A stretch of 64,000 nt of DNA, taken from assembly GCA_963662315.1 (NCBI GenBank), contig OY759353.1, forward strand, positions 1,696,001 through 1,760,000, given 5' to 3'. The notes under the pieces were generated by a model. It ran no database searches. It was not told the DNA's origin and was given only the letters and a program-made list of their open reading frames with translations. The first letter of the stretch is position 1. Each line of letters starts with the position of its first letter. Both the position numbers and the translations under genes were made by a program. Shown piece after piece: positions 50,420 to 60,056 of the stretch. The DNA is from Geopsychrobacteraceae bacterium (GTDB lineage: Bacteria > Desulfobacterota > Desulfuromonadia > Desulfuromonadales > Geopsychrobacteraceae).

Positions 50420-50812
50420 CTATGCTTCTGCCGCCGTCGATGCAGAAAAAATGCTGTCCCTGACTTGGGGGAGGTCCAGACCAAGGGCTCCGAGCCGCGT
50501 TTGAACGGTTTTCGGTTTGCCTCCGTTGACGTAGCAATTTCGAGCGTCACTGCGCTCATACAGGCCAACACCTAAATACTGTTGTCGTTCCAGTTGCATG
50601 GCCTGATTGACAATGCGGCACAAGGCTTCGCCGAGCGCATTGAATCCGTCATTGGCAAGTCGTTTCACAACATCCTGAATAACGCTATACTCCTCTTGAC
50701 AGGTCACGGTCTCTCCTCTCTGGGTGAGTTTGGCGATTCAACCAAAAGAGGAAAAGCGTGGCCTAACTTTTTGTCAGGCCCGGTGAAATTTACGGAAACG
50801 ATGATGCACTAG
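50420..50812 (-). pseudogene. IS256-family remnant (one end plus 5' part of transposase)
   Basis: NQAMQLER..YLGVGLYERS..R..Y.NG.KPKTV.TRLG.L.L..PQVRD then truncation; IR-like AATTTACGGAAA...TGCAC near 50787-50809. Confidence 0.8.
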
Positions 50813-50955
50813 AGAATCCCATGCAGAGATCTTTTATTCTTAGCTTTCAGCATGTTTTGACTCTTTTTCAGTTTCTATATAAACTGCAGCAGATTCAGGA
50901 CAGCCTCTTGTCGGTGCCGATTAACAACCATTTGAGTTTTCAGGGAAATTCAAAG

Positions 50956-51852
50956 TTGAAAAACAAAATTCCGAGCCTTAAAGCCCTTACAGCGTTTGAA
51001 GCAACCGCTCGCTTAAAAAGCGTGACAGCTGCAGCTAAAACACTATTTGTTACACCAGGTGCTGTAAGTCGCCAGATAACGCTCCTTGAAGAATTATTAA
51101 ATCAACCTCTCATGCGACGAAGCCCTCAGGGGATAATCCTTACCGACAAAGGAGAAAAACTAGCTCAATCTCTGGCAGATGCTCTTGAAGATATCGCGCA
51201 TGCAATCCGGGAAGCCCAAAGAGACGAAGGTCACTCAATTGTGACAATCAATGTTTATCCAACCTTTGCCATAAACTGGCTGATGCCGCGCTTAGCAGAA
51301 TTTCACGCAACCTGTCCGTCGATAGATTTACGAATAAAGACATCGCTACAAGCGCCAAACTTTAAAAGCGAAGACATTGATGTTGCCGTTATGATTTCGG
51401 AATGTACGCCCTCTGGGCTATCGGGCTTTCCACTATTTGAGCGGGTTTTTTCGCCAGTTTGCAGCCCAAATCTTTTAGCTCGCTATTCTAAGGTTCCCCT
51501 TAAAGAAGTATTACAAAGGGAGCGACTATTATTGTCAGACATGCATGTGGACCTCTGGAACCGCTGGCTTGAGCTAATTGGGATTCCAAATGAGATACTC
51601 ACTCGCGGAATTCGATTTCAAAACTCTTCTTTAGCCTGGCAAGCAGCAAAAGAGGGGGCAGGATTCGCAATGGGGCAGGAAGTGTTACTGGAAGCTGATT
51701 TCAAAGACAATCGGTTAATAGCACCTTTTTCAGAAACGATTTTAGACAACCGCCTTTATCGTCTGGTTTGCCGAGAGAATGAAAAGGAAAACGCATCCAT
51801 AAAAACCATTTTTGAGTGGTTCCAAAGCAAGGTAGATTTTAAGAGTTGTTGA
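50956..51852 (+). CDS. LysR family regulator, GcvA-like (start uncertain)
   Basis: IPSLKALTAFEATARLKSVTAAA..LFVTPGAVSRQI, PTFAINWLMPRL and PVCSP motifs. Confidence 0.9.
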   Translation: MKNKIPSLKALTAFEATARLKSVTAAAKTLFVTPGAVSRQITLLEELLNQPLMRRSPQGIILTDKGEKLAQSLADALEDIAHAIREAQRDEGHSIVTINVYPTFAINWLMPRLAEFHATCPSIDLRIKTSLQAPNFKSEDIDVAVMISECTPSGLSGFPLFERVFSPVCSPNLLARYSKVPLKEVLQRERLLLSDMHVDLWNRWLELIGIPNEILTRGIRFQNSSLAWQAAKEGAGFAMGQEVLLEADFKDNRLIAPFSETILDNRLYRLVCRENEKENASIKTIFEWFQSKVDFKSC

Positions 51853-52008
51853 TCAAGGAGCCATCTTGACCCTCTTATTCACTAAATCGACAATGGGTCA
51901 GTTATTAATCAAATCAGCGTCAATTTCCTGAGAAATGAAGTGAATCATTACATTAGCCGGGTCAAAATTGGACGCTGATGGTGGGTCATTTTTCAATGCC
52001 GATCAAGA
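51847..52008. mobile_element. Internally deleted IS21-family-like remnant (ends only)
   Basis: Right part GGGTCAAAATTGGACGCTGATGGTGGGTCATTTTTCAATGCCGATCAAGA has the tandem GGGTCA repeats typical of IS21 ends; left part starts TGTTGATC...TTGACCC. Confidence 0.55.
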
Positions 52009-52277
52009 CCCAAAAGAGGGAGCTAAGAAGGTCCGCGATTCCATTGATGAAACCCTGACTTATTACGATTTTCCCCAAGAGCACACAAAAACCGTTTTCC
52101 CACTTAGAGAAACATGATTTCCCCAGAAGAAAGAAGCTACTAAAGCCCCCCCTCCCCACAATGCTACTAGCAATACCCAAATCAAGTCCCTGAAAAAACC
52201 TATATTTTCAAAAAGATAAAACAATTACACCTCTGACACATCAACCTCACATGAAATACATCCACTCCCTAAAAAAC

Positions 52278-52321
52278 TTGAAATAATCAAAAAACGACAC
52301 TAATATTTCCATCTAGAGAAA
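52278..52321 (+). promoter_or_regulatory. Promoter and island palindrome for the CoA-transferase gene
   Basis: TTGAAA-17-TAATAT immediately followed by TTCCATCTAGAGAAA. Confidence 0.65.
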
Positions 52322-52369
52322 TACGATTTCAAAAAAGACCAATCAATACAACATTAAAGGACTTAGCAA

Positions 52370-53953
52370 ATGCAAAACTTTGGAACTTTAGCAGATCGAG
52401 TACATCGAAAAACATTATTCGACAGAGTAAAAAGCGCAGAAGATTGTATCCCCTTCTTCAAAACCGGCATGGACCTGGGCTGGTCGGGTTTTACACCCGC
52501 TGGATATCCCAAAGCGATACCGATTGCGTTAGCAACGCATGTAGAAAATAATAATTTACAGGGGCAATTAAAATTCAACCTTTTTATCGGTGCTTCGGTT
52601 GGTGCAGAAACAGAGAACCGATGGGCCGAGCTCGACATGATTGATCGCCGTTGGCCCTATCAGACGGGAAAAAGTATTGCTAAGGCCATCAATACAGGCA
52701 AAATCCGCATGGGAGATAAACACTTGTCAATGTTCGCTCAAGACCTTGGCTACGGTTTTTATGCACCCAAACTCGATATCGCCATAATTGAGGTTTCTGA
52801 AATTTTGGAAGATGGGTCTTTGGTACCGACAGCCTCATGTGGGGCGATCGGTGAAATCTTGATGATCGCAGATAAAATAATTATTGAAGTTAATACAGGA
52901 ATGCCTTCGTTTAGAGGGATGCATGACTGCCTTGCTCCGCAAAAGCCTCCGCACAGAGAGCCTTTACTCATTCGTAAGGCTAGCGATCGCATTGGCAGAG
53001 AGTCATTTTCCTGCGACACGGATAAAATCATAGCAATAGTTGAATCTAAACACCTGGATAAAGGGCGCACCTTTACTGACCCCGACTCAAATTCCAAGAC
53101 GATTGCAGAGTTGATTATAGATTTTTTTGCATCAGAGGTTAAAGCAGGACGACTTCCAGAAAATTTACTTCCTATTCAATCTGGTGTTGGTTCAATAGCA
53201 AATGCTGTCGTAGGTGGATTAGCAAATGGGCCATTTACAAATCTAACGGTATACACTGAAGTTCTTCAAGACACTATGCTTGATTTATTTGATTCAGGAA
53301 AACTCGATGCGGCATCATCCTGCTCCCTGTCATTATCAGAATCAGAAGGATTTCCGCGTTTTTTCAAAAACTGGGACAGTTACTTCGATAAAATTACATT
53401 AAGACCATTATCAATTTCCAACGCGCCGGAACCTATCCGCCGCCTCGGTGTTATCGCTATGAACACACCTGTAGAATTTGATATTTACGCTCATGCTAAT
53501 TCTACTCTGGTTGGTGGCACGAGAATGGTCAATGGAATAGGTGGATCTGGTGATTTCCTACGCAATGGATATCTCAAAATAATGCATAGCCCCTCCGTTC
53601 GCCCAAGCAAAACCGACCCAACGGGTATAACCTGTGTCGTACCAAAAGCTCCTCATATAGACCACACCGAGCACGATTTGGACATACTGGTTACAGAGCA
53701 GGGTTTGGCTGATTTAAGAGGACTAGCCCCTAAGGACAGAGCTCAACTAATAATTAACAAATGTGCTCACCCTGAGTACAAACCAATTCTTCAGGAGTAC
53801 CTAGATTTGGCAACTCGCGAGTGTTTAAGACGAGGAGTCGGACATGAGCCCCAACTCTTCGACCGTTGCTTCAAAATGCAACAAAACTTGGCCATCAATG
53901 GAACAATGAAAATCAAAAACTGGGACATTAAAACAGATCTCTGTGAAAAATAG
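52370..53953 (+). CDS. Acetyl-CoA hydrolase / succinyl-CoA:acetate CoA-transferase (Ach1/Ato-like)
   Basis: SGFTPAGYPK, DKHLS, LPIQSGVG, YTEVLQD, NGIGGSGDF, HTEHD and VTEQGLADLRGL motifs. Confidence 0.92.
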   Translation: MQNFGTLADRVHRKTLFDRVKSAEDCIPFFKTGMDLGWSGFTPAGYPKAIPIALATHVENNNLQGQLKFNLFIGASVGAETENRWAELDMIDRRWPYQTGKSIAKAINTGKIRMGDKHLSMFAQDLGYGFYAPKLDIAIIEVSEILEDGSLVPTASCGAIGEILMIADKIIIEVNTGMPSFRGMHDCLAPQKPPHREPLLIRKASDRIGRESFSCDTDKIIAIVESKHLDKGRTFTDPDSNSKTIAELIIDFFASEVKAGRLPENLLPIQSGVGSIANAVVGGLANGPFTNLTVYTEVLQDTMLDLFDSGKLDAASSCSLSLSESEGFPRFFKNWDSYFDKITLRPLSISNAPEPIRRLGVIAMNTPVEFDIYAHANSTLVGGTRMVNGIGGSGDFLRNGYLKIMHSPSVRPSKTDPTGITCVVPKAPHIDHTEHDLDILVTEQGLADLRGLAPKDRAQLIINKCAHPEYKPILQEYLDLATRECLRRGVGHEPQLFDRCFKMQQNLAINGTMKIKNWDIKTDLCEK

Positions 53954-53962
53954 TTTTTTTTG

Positions 53963-53997
53963 ATGCCCCGCTCTATTTCGTTAACAGAGCGGGGCAT
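53963..53997. terminator. Hairpin terminator after the CoA-transferase
   Basis: ATGCCCCGCTCT / AGAGCGGGGCAT stem. Confidence 0.7.
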
Positions 53998-54223
53998 AGA
54001 AATCGTAATGCAAAAAAAAGTGATCTTTGCCAAGGGCCTTAAAAACACAACGATTCGCCACACATATAATGCTGGAAAGGCAACATAAGAGATTCTAGGC
54101 TAAATATCCAAGGGCCCAGAAACCTTTTTGTTCAAACAACTTAAATAATCTTCTCCTCTTTAACGACTCACCCCGGTTCTGCCGCCAAAGCAGAACCGAG
54201 GTGTCCCCTATCGTAAGGATTGT

Positions 54224-55648
54224 CTAAAAACGGTAGGCCGCTTTCACCAGCTTGTAAGCCAGTTCATGGGCCAGACTCAACGCTTCAGTTTCATCCAGTT
54301 GATGTTCGCAGACCAGCTCGGCCAGATAGCCACAGTCGATGCGCCGGGCCATGTCGTGACGGGCGGGGATGGTCAGAAACGCGCGGGTGTCGTCGTTGAA
54401 GCCGACGGTATTATAGAAACCAGCTGTTTCGGTGACCGAGCGACGGTAGAAGCGCATCCCTTCCGGGCTGTCAAAGAACCACCAGGCTGGCCCCAGCTTC
54501 AGCAGCGGATAGTGACCGGCCAGGGGCGCCAGCTCGCGCGCCAGGGTGGTACTGTCGAGGGTGAAGAGGATCACGCTTAAACTGGTTTCATTGCCAAAGC
54601 GGTCGAGCAGCGGCTTGAGCGCTTTAACATACTCGGTCGGCGAAGGGATGTCGGCCCCTTTGTCGAGTCCGAATTTTTCTAAAACCTGTCGGTTATGATT
54701 GCGCGAAGCGCCCGGGTGAATCTGAACCACCAGGCCATCGTCCAAGCTCATGCGCACCATCTCGGTCAGCATCTGACCGCGAAAATCCTCCGCTTCAGCC
54801 GGACCAAAATTGCCCATCAGAATCTTATTAAACAACTTCTCGCAACTCCTGCGCTCAAAATCGCGGGTAGCTGCTGTAGGGTGGCCATGGTCGGTTGCGG
54901 TGGCCCCCAGTTTGACAAAGAAGGCACGGCGCTGAGCCAGGGCTTTCAGATAGCCCCCCCAGGTCAGACTGTCTTCGCCGGTTATTTCGCCCAGCTGCTC
55001 GACATTTTTGACAAAGTCTGGGAGCTCCGGGTCAACCACCGGATCAGGACGGAAACAGGGGACAATTTTGCCGTGCCAGCCACTCTGCCGTAAAGACTGA
55101 TGAGCAGACAGATCATCCAGCGGCGAATCGGTGGTTGAAATGGCCTCAATATTGAAGCGATCGTAGAGAGCACGCACCTTGAACTCTGGTGTTTTCAACT
55201 GCGCATCAAGGTGGTCGTATAGGCGATCGGCGTTGTCCAGGCACAACCGCTCATTGATGCCAAACAGATTGCTCTGGACGGTTTCAAACCACATCCGTGA
55301 TGGCGTACCGCGAAACAGATGATAATTCTCGGCAAAAATGCGCCAGATCTTGCGTGGGTCGGTTTCAGTTTGGCCGCCGTCGACTCTGGATATACCCAAG
55401 CTCTCCAGCTTGACGCCCTGGCTGTGGAGCATGCGAAAAACGTAGTGGTCCGGAATCAGAAACAACTGGGCCGGATTGGGAAAATTGATGTTATCAGCAT
55501 ACCAGCGCGGATCGGTATGGCCATGAGGGCTGATGATCGGCAGGTCTTTTACTTCGTTATAAAGCCTGCGCGCGACGGAGCGCACGCCGGGGTCAGCTGG
55601 TAGCAGACGATCGGGGTGCAGGTTGATTTGAGAGTGAGGCTGCGTCAT
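54224..55648 (-). CDS. uxaC: Glucuronate (uronate) isomerase
   Basis: LPIISPHGHTDP, PDHY.FRML, QIHPG, RELAPLAGHYP, GPAWWF.DS and GFNDDTRAF..IPARHD motifs. Confidence 0.95.
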   Translation of the reverse strand: MTQPHSQINLHPDRLLPADPGVRSVARRLYNEVKDLPIISPHGHTDPRWYADNINFPNPAQLFLIPDHYVFRMLHSQGVKLESLGISRVDGGQTETDPRKIWRIFAENYHLFRGTPSRMWFETVQSNLFGINERLCLDNADRLYDHLDAQLKTPEFKVRALYDRFNIEAISTTDSPLDDLSAHQSLRQSGWHGKIVPCFRPDPVVDPELPDFVKNVEQLGEITGEDSLTWGGYLKALAQRRAFFVKLGATATDHGHPTAATRDFERRSCEKLFNKILMGNFGPAEAEDFRGQMLTEMVRMSLDDGLVVQIHPGASRNHNRQVLEKFGLDKGADIPSPTEYVKALKPLLDRFGNETSLSVILFTLDSTTLARELAPLAGHYPLLKLGPAWWFFDSPEGMRFYRRSVTETAGFYNTVGFNDDTRAFLTIPARHDMARRIDCGYLAELVCEHQLDETEALSLAHELAYKLVKAAYRF

Positions 55649-55737
55649 GGGCTTGTGCTCCGTTTCTATGCGATGGGTCTTTGTTCAATCATTTGGTTCA
55701 GTGAGTCCAGCCAGTATGGCTGAATCAATTTATTTTT

Positions 55738-56214
55738 TCAGATTCTGCTCGTGATTTTTTCCGCCAAAAAGGCAGACAGCCTTTTGCCCCGGCCTGCCAA
55801 GACCTGATTGTCCAGAATAAAACTCTGCTTCGACTGCGTGTGGATAATCAGCATACCAAACAGGCTGATCACGGCTTTGATTTCGGTGTAATCCACCCGT
55901 GAACGTTTGCTGGCGTTGGTAATTTCAAAGCTGGTCTGCTGAAAAGTTATGAGCAGATCATCCGGCATCTGGCCGACAATCCTGCGGCTGCGCAGGTAAA
56001 TCACCAGCGGTTGCAACACAGGGAACAGGCAGAGGCCGACCACCATCAGGATTCTGTAGACAACTCCGGCATCTAGCCAGAAGCGGTAGATCAAACCGGC
56101 CATGGAGAGGGTGAAAATGATATTGATCACAGCCATCATGGATCTGTAGATATTGACCAGCGTCAGAATCCAGAGACTGACCGGCTTAACTCTGTAGCGA
56201 AACTTGAATTCCAT
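55738..56214 (-). CDS. YcxB-like membrane protein
   Basis: Two TMs plus a C-terminal beta-rich domain; inside the TRAP-uxaC operon. Confidence 0.7.
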   Translation of the reverse strand: MEFKFRYRVKPVSLWILTLVNIYRSMMAVINIIFTLSMAGLIYRFWLDAGVVYRILMVVGLCLFPVLQPLVIYLRSRRIVGQMPDDLLITFQQTSFEITNASKRSRVDYTEIKAVISLFGMLIIHTQSKQSFILDNQVLAGRGKRLSAFLAEKITSRI

Positions 56215-56229
56215 GGCCCTGTGGGATGA

Positions 56230-57522
56230 TCACATGAACACTGACGGCAGATACAGGCTGATCGCAGGGATAAAGGTCAGTAACAGCAGAGTGATGATCA
56301 TCAGCAAGTAAAAGGGGAAGATTGCTTTCACCAGTCTTTCGATCGGGACCTTTCCGACTGCCGATCCGATGAAGAGAACCGACCCGACAGGGGGCGTCAA
56401 GAGCCCTATGCCACAGTTCAAAATCATCATGATGCCAAACTGAATGGGTGAAATCCCGATGCTTGTGGCAATGGGCAACAGGATGGGGGTCGCAATCAGG
56501 ATGATCGGCGCCATGTCCATGATAACACCCAGAACCAGCAGAATCAGGTTCAGCAATAAAGCTAAAAGAATCGTATTGTCTGTCAGACCGAGAATGGCCT
56601 TTGCCGCCAGGGTCGGAACGTTCAGACGGGTCAACAGAAAACCGAAAATACTGGACGTAGAGATCAGAATCAGGACGATCGACAAGGTGTCCACGCACTG
56701 GTCCAGAACCCTCCAGACCCCCTTCCAGGTCAAGCCTTTATAAATAAAGACACTGACGATCAAACTGTAGAAGACGGCAATCGCTGCGGATTCCGTCGCA
56801 GTGAAGACACCGCCGACAACACCGACGACAACAATAAGCACGGCAGCAAGAGCCCAGAAGGAAAGTGCAATCTGCTTAAACAGGTTCAAAAGATTGAACT
56901 TGTCTCCTTTGGGATAGTTACGTTTGATCGAAATGATGTAGGAACCGACCATCAGGGTTCCCGCAAGAATGGCGGCGGGCAGATAACCGGCCAGAAAGAG
57001 GCTGCCTATGGAAACCCCACCAGCGGTCGTCGCGTAGATAACCATGTTGTGACTGGGGGGCACAAGCAGGCCCTCGCAGGAACTGGTCACGGTTACGGCG
57101 GTGGCAAAGTCATCGTCATAGCCCTGCTCGACCATCATCGGAATCATGATGCTGCCCAGAGATGCCGTGTCTGCTGCTGCCGAGCCTGAAATGCCGCCGA
57201 AGAAATAGGAAGATACGATGTTCACCATGGCCATACCGCCGCGCATCCAGCCGACACAGGCATTGGCCAACGCAATCAGTTTTTCGGAAATACCGCCTGA
57301 CCCCATCAGGTAGCCCATGGTGATAAAAAAAGGAACGGCCATCAGGCTGAAGGAGCTGATCCCTTTCACCATCTGCTGCGCGACTGTCGTCAGCGGCAGT
57401 CCCTGATACAGCAGGCACAGAATAGACGACAGTGCGACCGCGTAGGCAATAGGGAAGCGAATCAGGATAAAAACAAAAAAACTTCCCAGCAGGACAAATA
57501 TCGCCATACTATTCACAATCAT
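56230..57522 (-). CDS. dctM: TRAP transporter large permease
   Basis: LMAVPFF, GGISGSAAAD, VPPSH, FTATESAA and GLLTPPVG motifs. Confidence 0.93.
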   Translation of the reverse strand: MIVNSMAIFVLLGSFFVFILIRFPIAYAVALSSILCLLYQGLPLTTVAQQMVKGISSFSLMAVPFFITMGYLMGSGGISEKLIALANACVGWMRGGMAMVNIVSSYFFGGISGSAAADTASLGSIMIPMMVEQGYDDDFATAVTVTSSCEGLLVPPSHNMVIYATTAGGVSIGSLFLAGYLPAAILAGTLMVGSYIISIKRNYPKGDKFNLLNLFKQIALSFWALAAVLIVVVGVVGGVFTATESAAIAVFYSLIVSVFIYKGLTWKGVWRVLDQCVDTLSIVLILISTSSIFGFLLTRLNVPTLAAKAILGLTDNTILLALLLNLILLVLGVIMDMAPIILIATPILLPIATSIGISPIQFGIMMILNCGIGLLTPPVGSVLFIGSAVGKVPIERLVKAIFPFYLLMIITLLLLTFIPAISLYLPSVFM

Positions 57523-57525
57523 GCC

Positions 57526-58047
57526 TTAAGCTTCCTCTCCAAGAACCAGTTTTTTTATCCGGTTATAGATCATTTCCAATTCAAAAATTACCATGGCAAC
57601 CCCCGCCAGCGGCACCGGGAAGTACATCCAGAACCGGGAGAGACCAGGCATACTGACATAAAACCCTCTGGAACCCAGTCTTTGAGCGTAGCTCCAGCCA
57701 ACAAAGATCATGACCAATCCGAGCGCCAATATGGCAATATCGGCGATAAGATCAAGGGCAATAAGAACCTTTGGGGGAAGATAGCGGTCAAAAGCAGTCA
57801 TTCGGATATGGGAATTACGCCGGATTGCCAGGGAGGCAGAGAGGACCGCCATATAGGCCATGCAGGAGAGGACCACCTCTTCGCTCCAGGCAGGGTCCGG
57901 AATAAAGGAAACGTATCTTCCGGTAACGGCCATGGCTGTAATGACAATATCTATGATCAGAAGGATTTTGCAGATAAAAAGGACCAGCTTGTCGACATAG
58001 TCAAAACACGGTTTAATTTTATCTACAGTATTAAACACCGCCTTCAT
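57526..58047 (-). CDS. dctQ: TRAP transporter small permease
   Basis: RY....PAWSEE and HIRM motifs; four TMs. Confidence 0.9.
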   Translation of the reverse strand: MKAVFNTVDKIKPCFDYVDKLVLFICKILLIIDIVITAMAVTGRYVSFIPDPAWSEEVVLSCMAYMAVLSASLAIRRNSHIRMTAFDRYLPPKVLIALDLIADIAILALGLVMIFVGWSYAQRLGSRGFYVSMPGLSRFWMYFPVPLAGVAMVIFELEMIYNRIKKLVLGEEA

Positions 58048-58190
58048 AGAAACTCCATCCATCTTTAATAACAATGATGGCACTCAAAAGTTGGAACTTC
58101 GGTGCCGGAAAATGTCAAGAACAGGTGTCCCCCCCCGTCCAGCGAATCGATCAGAATTCGGCCGAACAAGGGGGGACGGGACAGAAAGTC

Positions 58191-59189
58191 CTACTGCATA
58201 TCGAGAATCTTCTGGTACAGGGCAGGGTTTTGGGCGCTGGCTTCTTTAATGACTCCGGCGCAGGCTTTCTGCCAGGAGGTCTTGTCGGGAACAGGAACAA
58301 CGGTTGCACCTGCAGCGGCCAGGTCTTTCAGTACTTTGTTCTCGGCACCTTCAGACAGCTGTCTATTGAAAGCGGAGGCAAGCTTGCCGGCTTCAACCAG
58401 AGCTTTCTGCTGCTTGGCAGACAGCTTATCCCATGCTTCGTCGGTGATGATAACCTGAATTGCGCCCAGAGTATGGCCGTCAAGGATCATGTAGGGAGCA
58501 ACTTCATTGAAAGCTTTTGACTTGTAGTTGGCAATCGGCTGCTCGGCAGCATCAACCACACCCGTCTGGAGCGCGGAGTAAAGCTCGTTGTAGTTAACAA
58601 CGGTCGGAGAAGCGCCAAGTCCTTTGACCAGACCACGCATAACGGGGTCGTTGGAGACGCGGATTTTCATGCCGGCCAGATCAGCCATTTTGTTAAGGGG
58701 CTTGGTCCCGAAGAAATGTCTGAAACCTTCTTCTCCGTAGAACAGACCGCGAATGCCGGTTCCGTTTTCATGGGGCTCAAGAAGGAACTCGGGAGCCAGA
58801 TCACTGGCGGCAAACTTCCAGAAATGATCTCTGCTGGTGAAGGTATAGGGGATGGACAGTAATTTGGATTTCTGCCCGCCGTAACTGGTCAGGGCAAAGG
58901 CCGAGATTCTGGACATATCGATGGTTCCGCCGCCGCCGAGCATGGAGTCAAGGACGTCCTTCTCTGCGCCGAGTACACCGTTAGCCTTGATATCAAGAAG
59001 GACGGTGCCGCCGGACAGGCGCTCAACTTCCTCTTTAAACTTCTGGCCGGTCTGGCCGACGATGGAATCCATAGGGTTAACCTCGGCATAGACAAGCGTG
59101 ACTTTTTTGTCAGCTGCCTGAGCTTGACCAGCAAATGTGCCTGATACAGCCAGCGCCATAACCATCAGCAGTAAGAGAGTTTTCTTCAT
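58191..59189 (-). CDS. dctP: TRAP transporter substrate-binding protein
   Basis: Signal peptide; GFRHF, GMKIRV and ELYSALQTGVVDAAE motifs. Confidence 0.92.
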   Translation of the reverse strand: MKKTLLLLMVMALAVSGTFAGQAQAADKKVTLVYAEVNPMDSIVGQTGQKFKEEVERLSGGTVLLDIKANGVLGAEKDVLDSMLGGGGTIDMSRISAFALTSYGGQKSKLLSIPYTFTSRDHFWKFAASDLAPEFLLEPHENGTGIRGLFYGEEGFRHFFGTKPLNKMADLAGMKIRVSNDPVMRGLVKGLGASPTVVNYNELYSALQTGVVDAAEQPIANYKSKAFNEVAPYMILDGHTLGAIQVIITDEAWDKLSAKQQKALVEAGKLASAFNRQLSEGAENKVLKDLAAAGATVVPVPDKTSWQKACAGVIKEASAQNPALYQKILDMQ

Positions 59190-59352
59190 GCAGTGTACCT
59201 CCATTGGTCGATATGTGGTTAATTTCAAAGGTCGCCGGAAAGTCGGCTCCCCACGCCAAAACATCCTGTTCATCACAGAAAAACGATACCCCAAGAATTG
59301 GGGCTCGGCAAGCTTCCCCAGTGTTTTAGGGAGATTCCTGCCTAAACCCCAC

Positions 59353-59407
59353 CTTTATTCAGTGACTGAATTAAGCGGATCATAACGTCAGACTATTTCA
59401 ATGTCAA
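59353..59407 (-). promoter_or_regulatory. dctP promoter with ROK-type operator
   Basis: Minus strand TTGACA-17-TATGAT; near-perfect palindrome CTTTATTCAGTGACTGAATTAAG (59353-59375) over the expected start site; related site at 59961-59983 before the ROK gene. Confidence 0.7.
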
Positions 59408-60056
59408 TCAGATAAACAGAGGATTATTACACCAATACAGCATGTTATGAATTCAAAATTTCATATATTGATTATCTTCAATAACAAAATAAAGACTATT
59501 TATAAAAATTTCCAACAACATAATATTAGTTTTTTTTTCTACAAAAGAATATTGTCATGACGACGCTACCACGACCGGACAAGTTAACCTTCCGCGCCAG
59601 GAAGGTACTGTGCCCAATCTGCAGCACACCATAATTATTCCACCGCCACCTGGCTACAAAGCATGCGAAAGATGTAGCGATCGAGAATCAAAAAAGCGGT
59701 TCGGCCAGAGAGCCGAGATCAATATCTCAGCGCTATAGCGCTGATTTGTTCGACCCTATCTGATTGACTAATCCTTTTCTTATACCTATTGGTAATAGCA
59801 ACCAATCTCGAGAATTCTTCGAAGAAGACCACCTCAAAACTTGATCCGCTCAAGTAATCACATCTCAACGACCACCAAAAACAAACCTATTTTCAAATAG
59901 CACACTGAGTGAAAATATATAAAACCATATGAAATAATATCTTTTTAAATTTTTCGTAGAATTAATTCTCTGACTAAAGTATTGCTTTTGTCGGTAATTA
60001 CTTCTAGAATTTTCACTACTTCAAATTCACTTACCACCATCAACGGAGTCGCTGCT

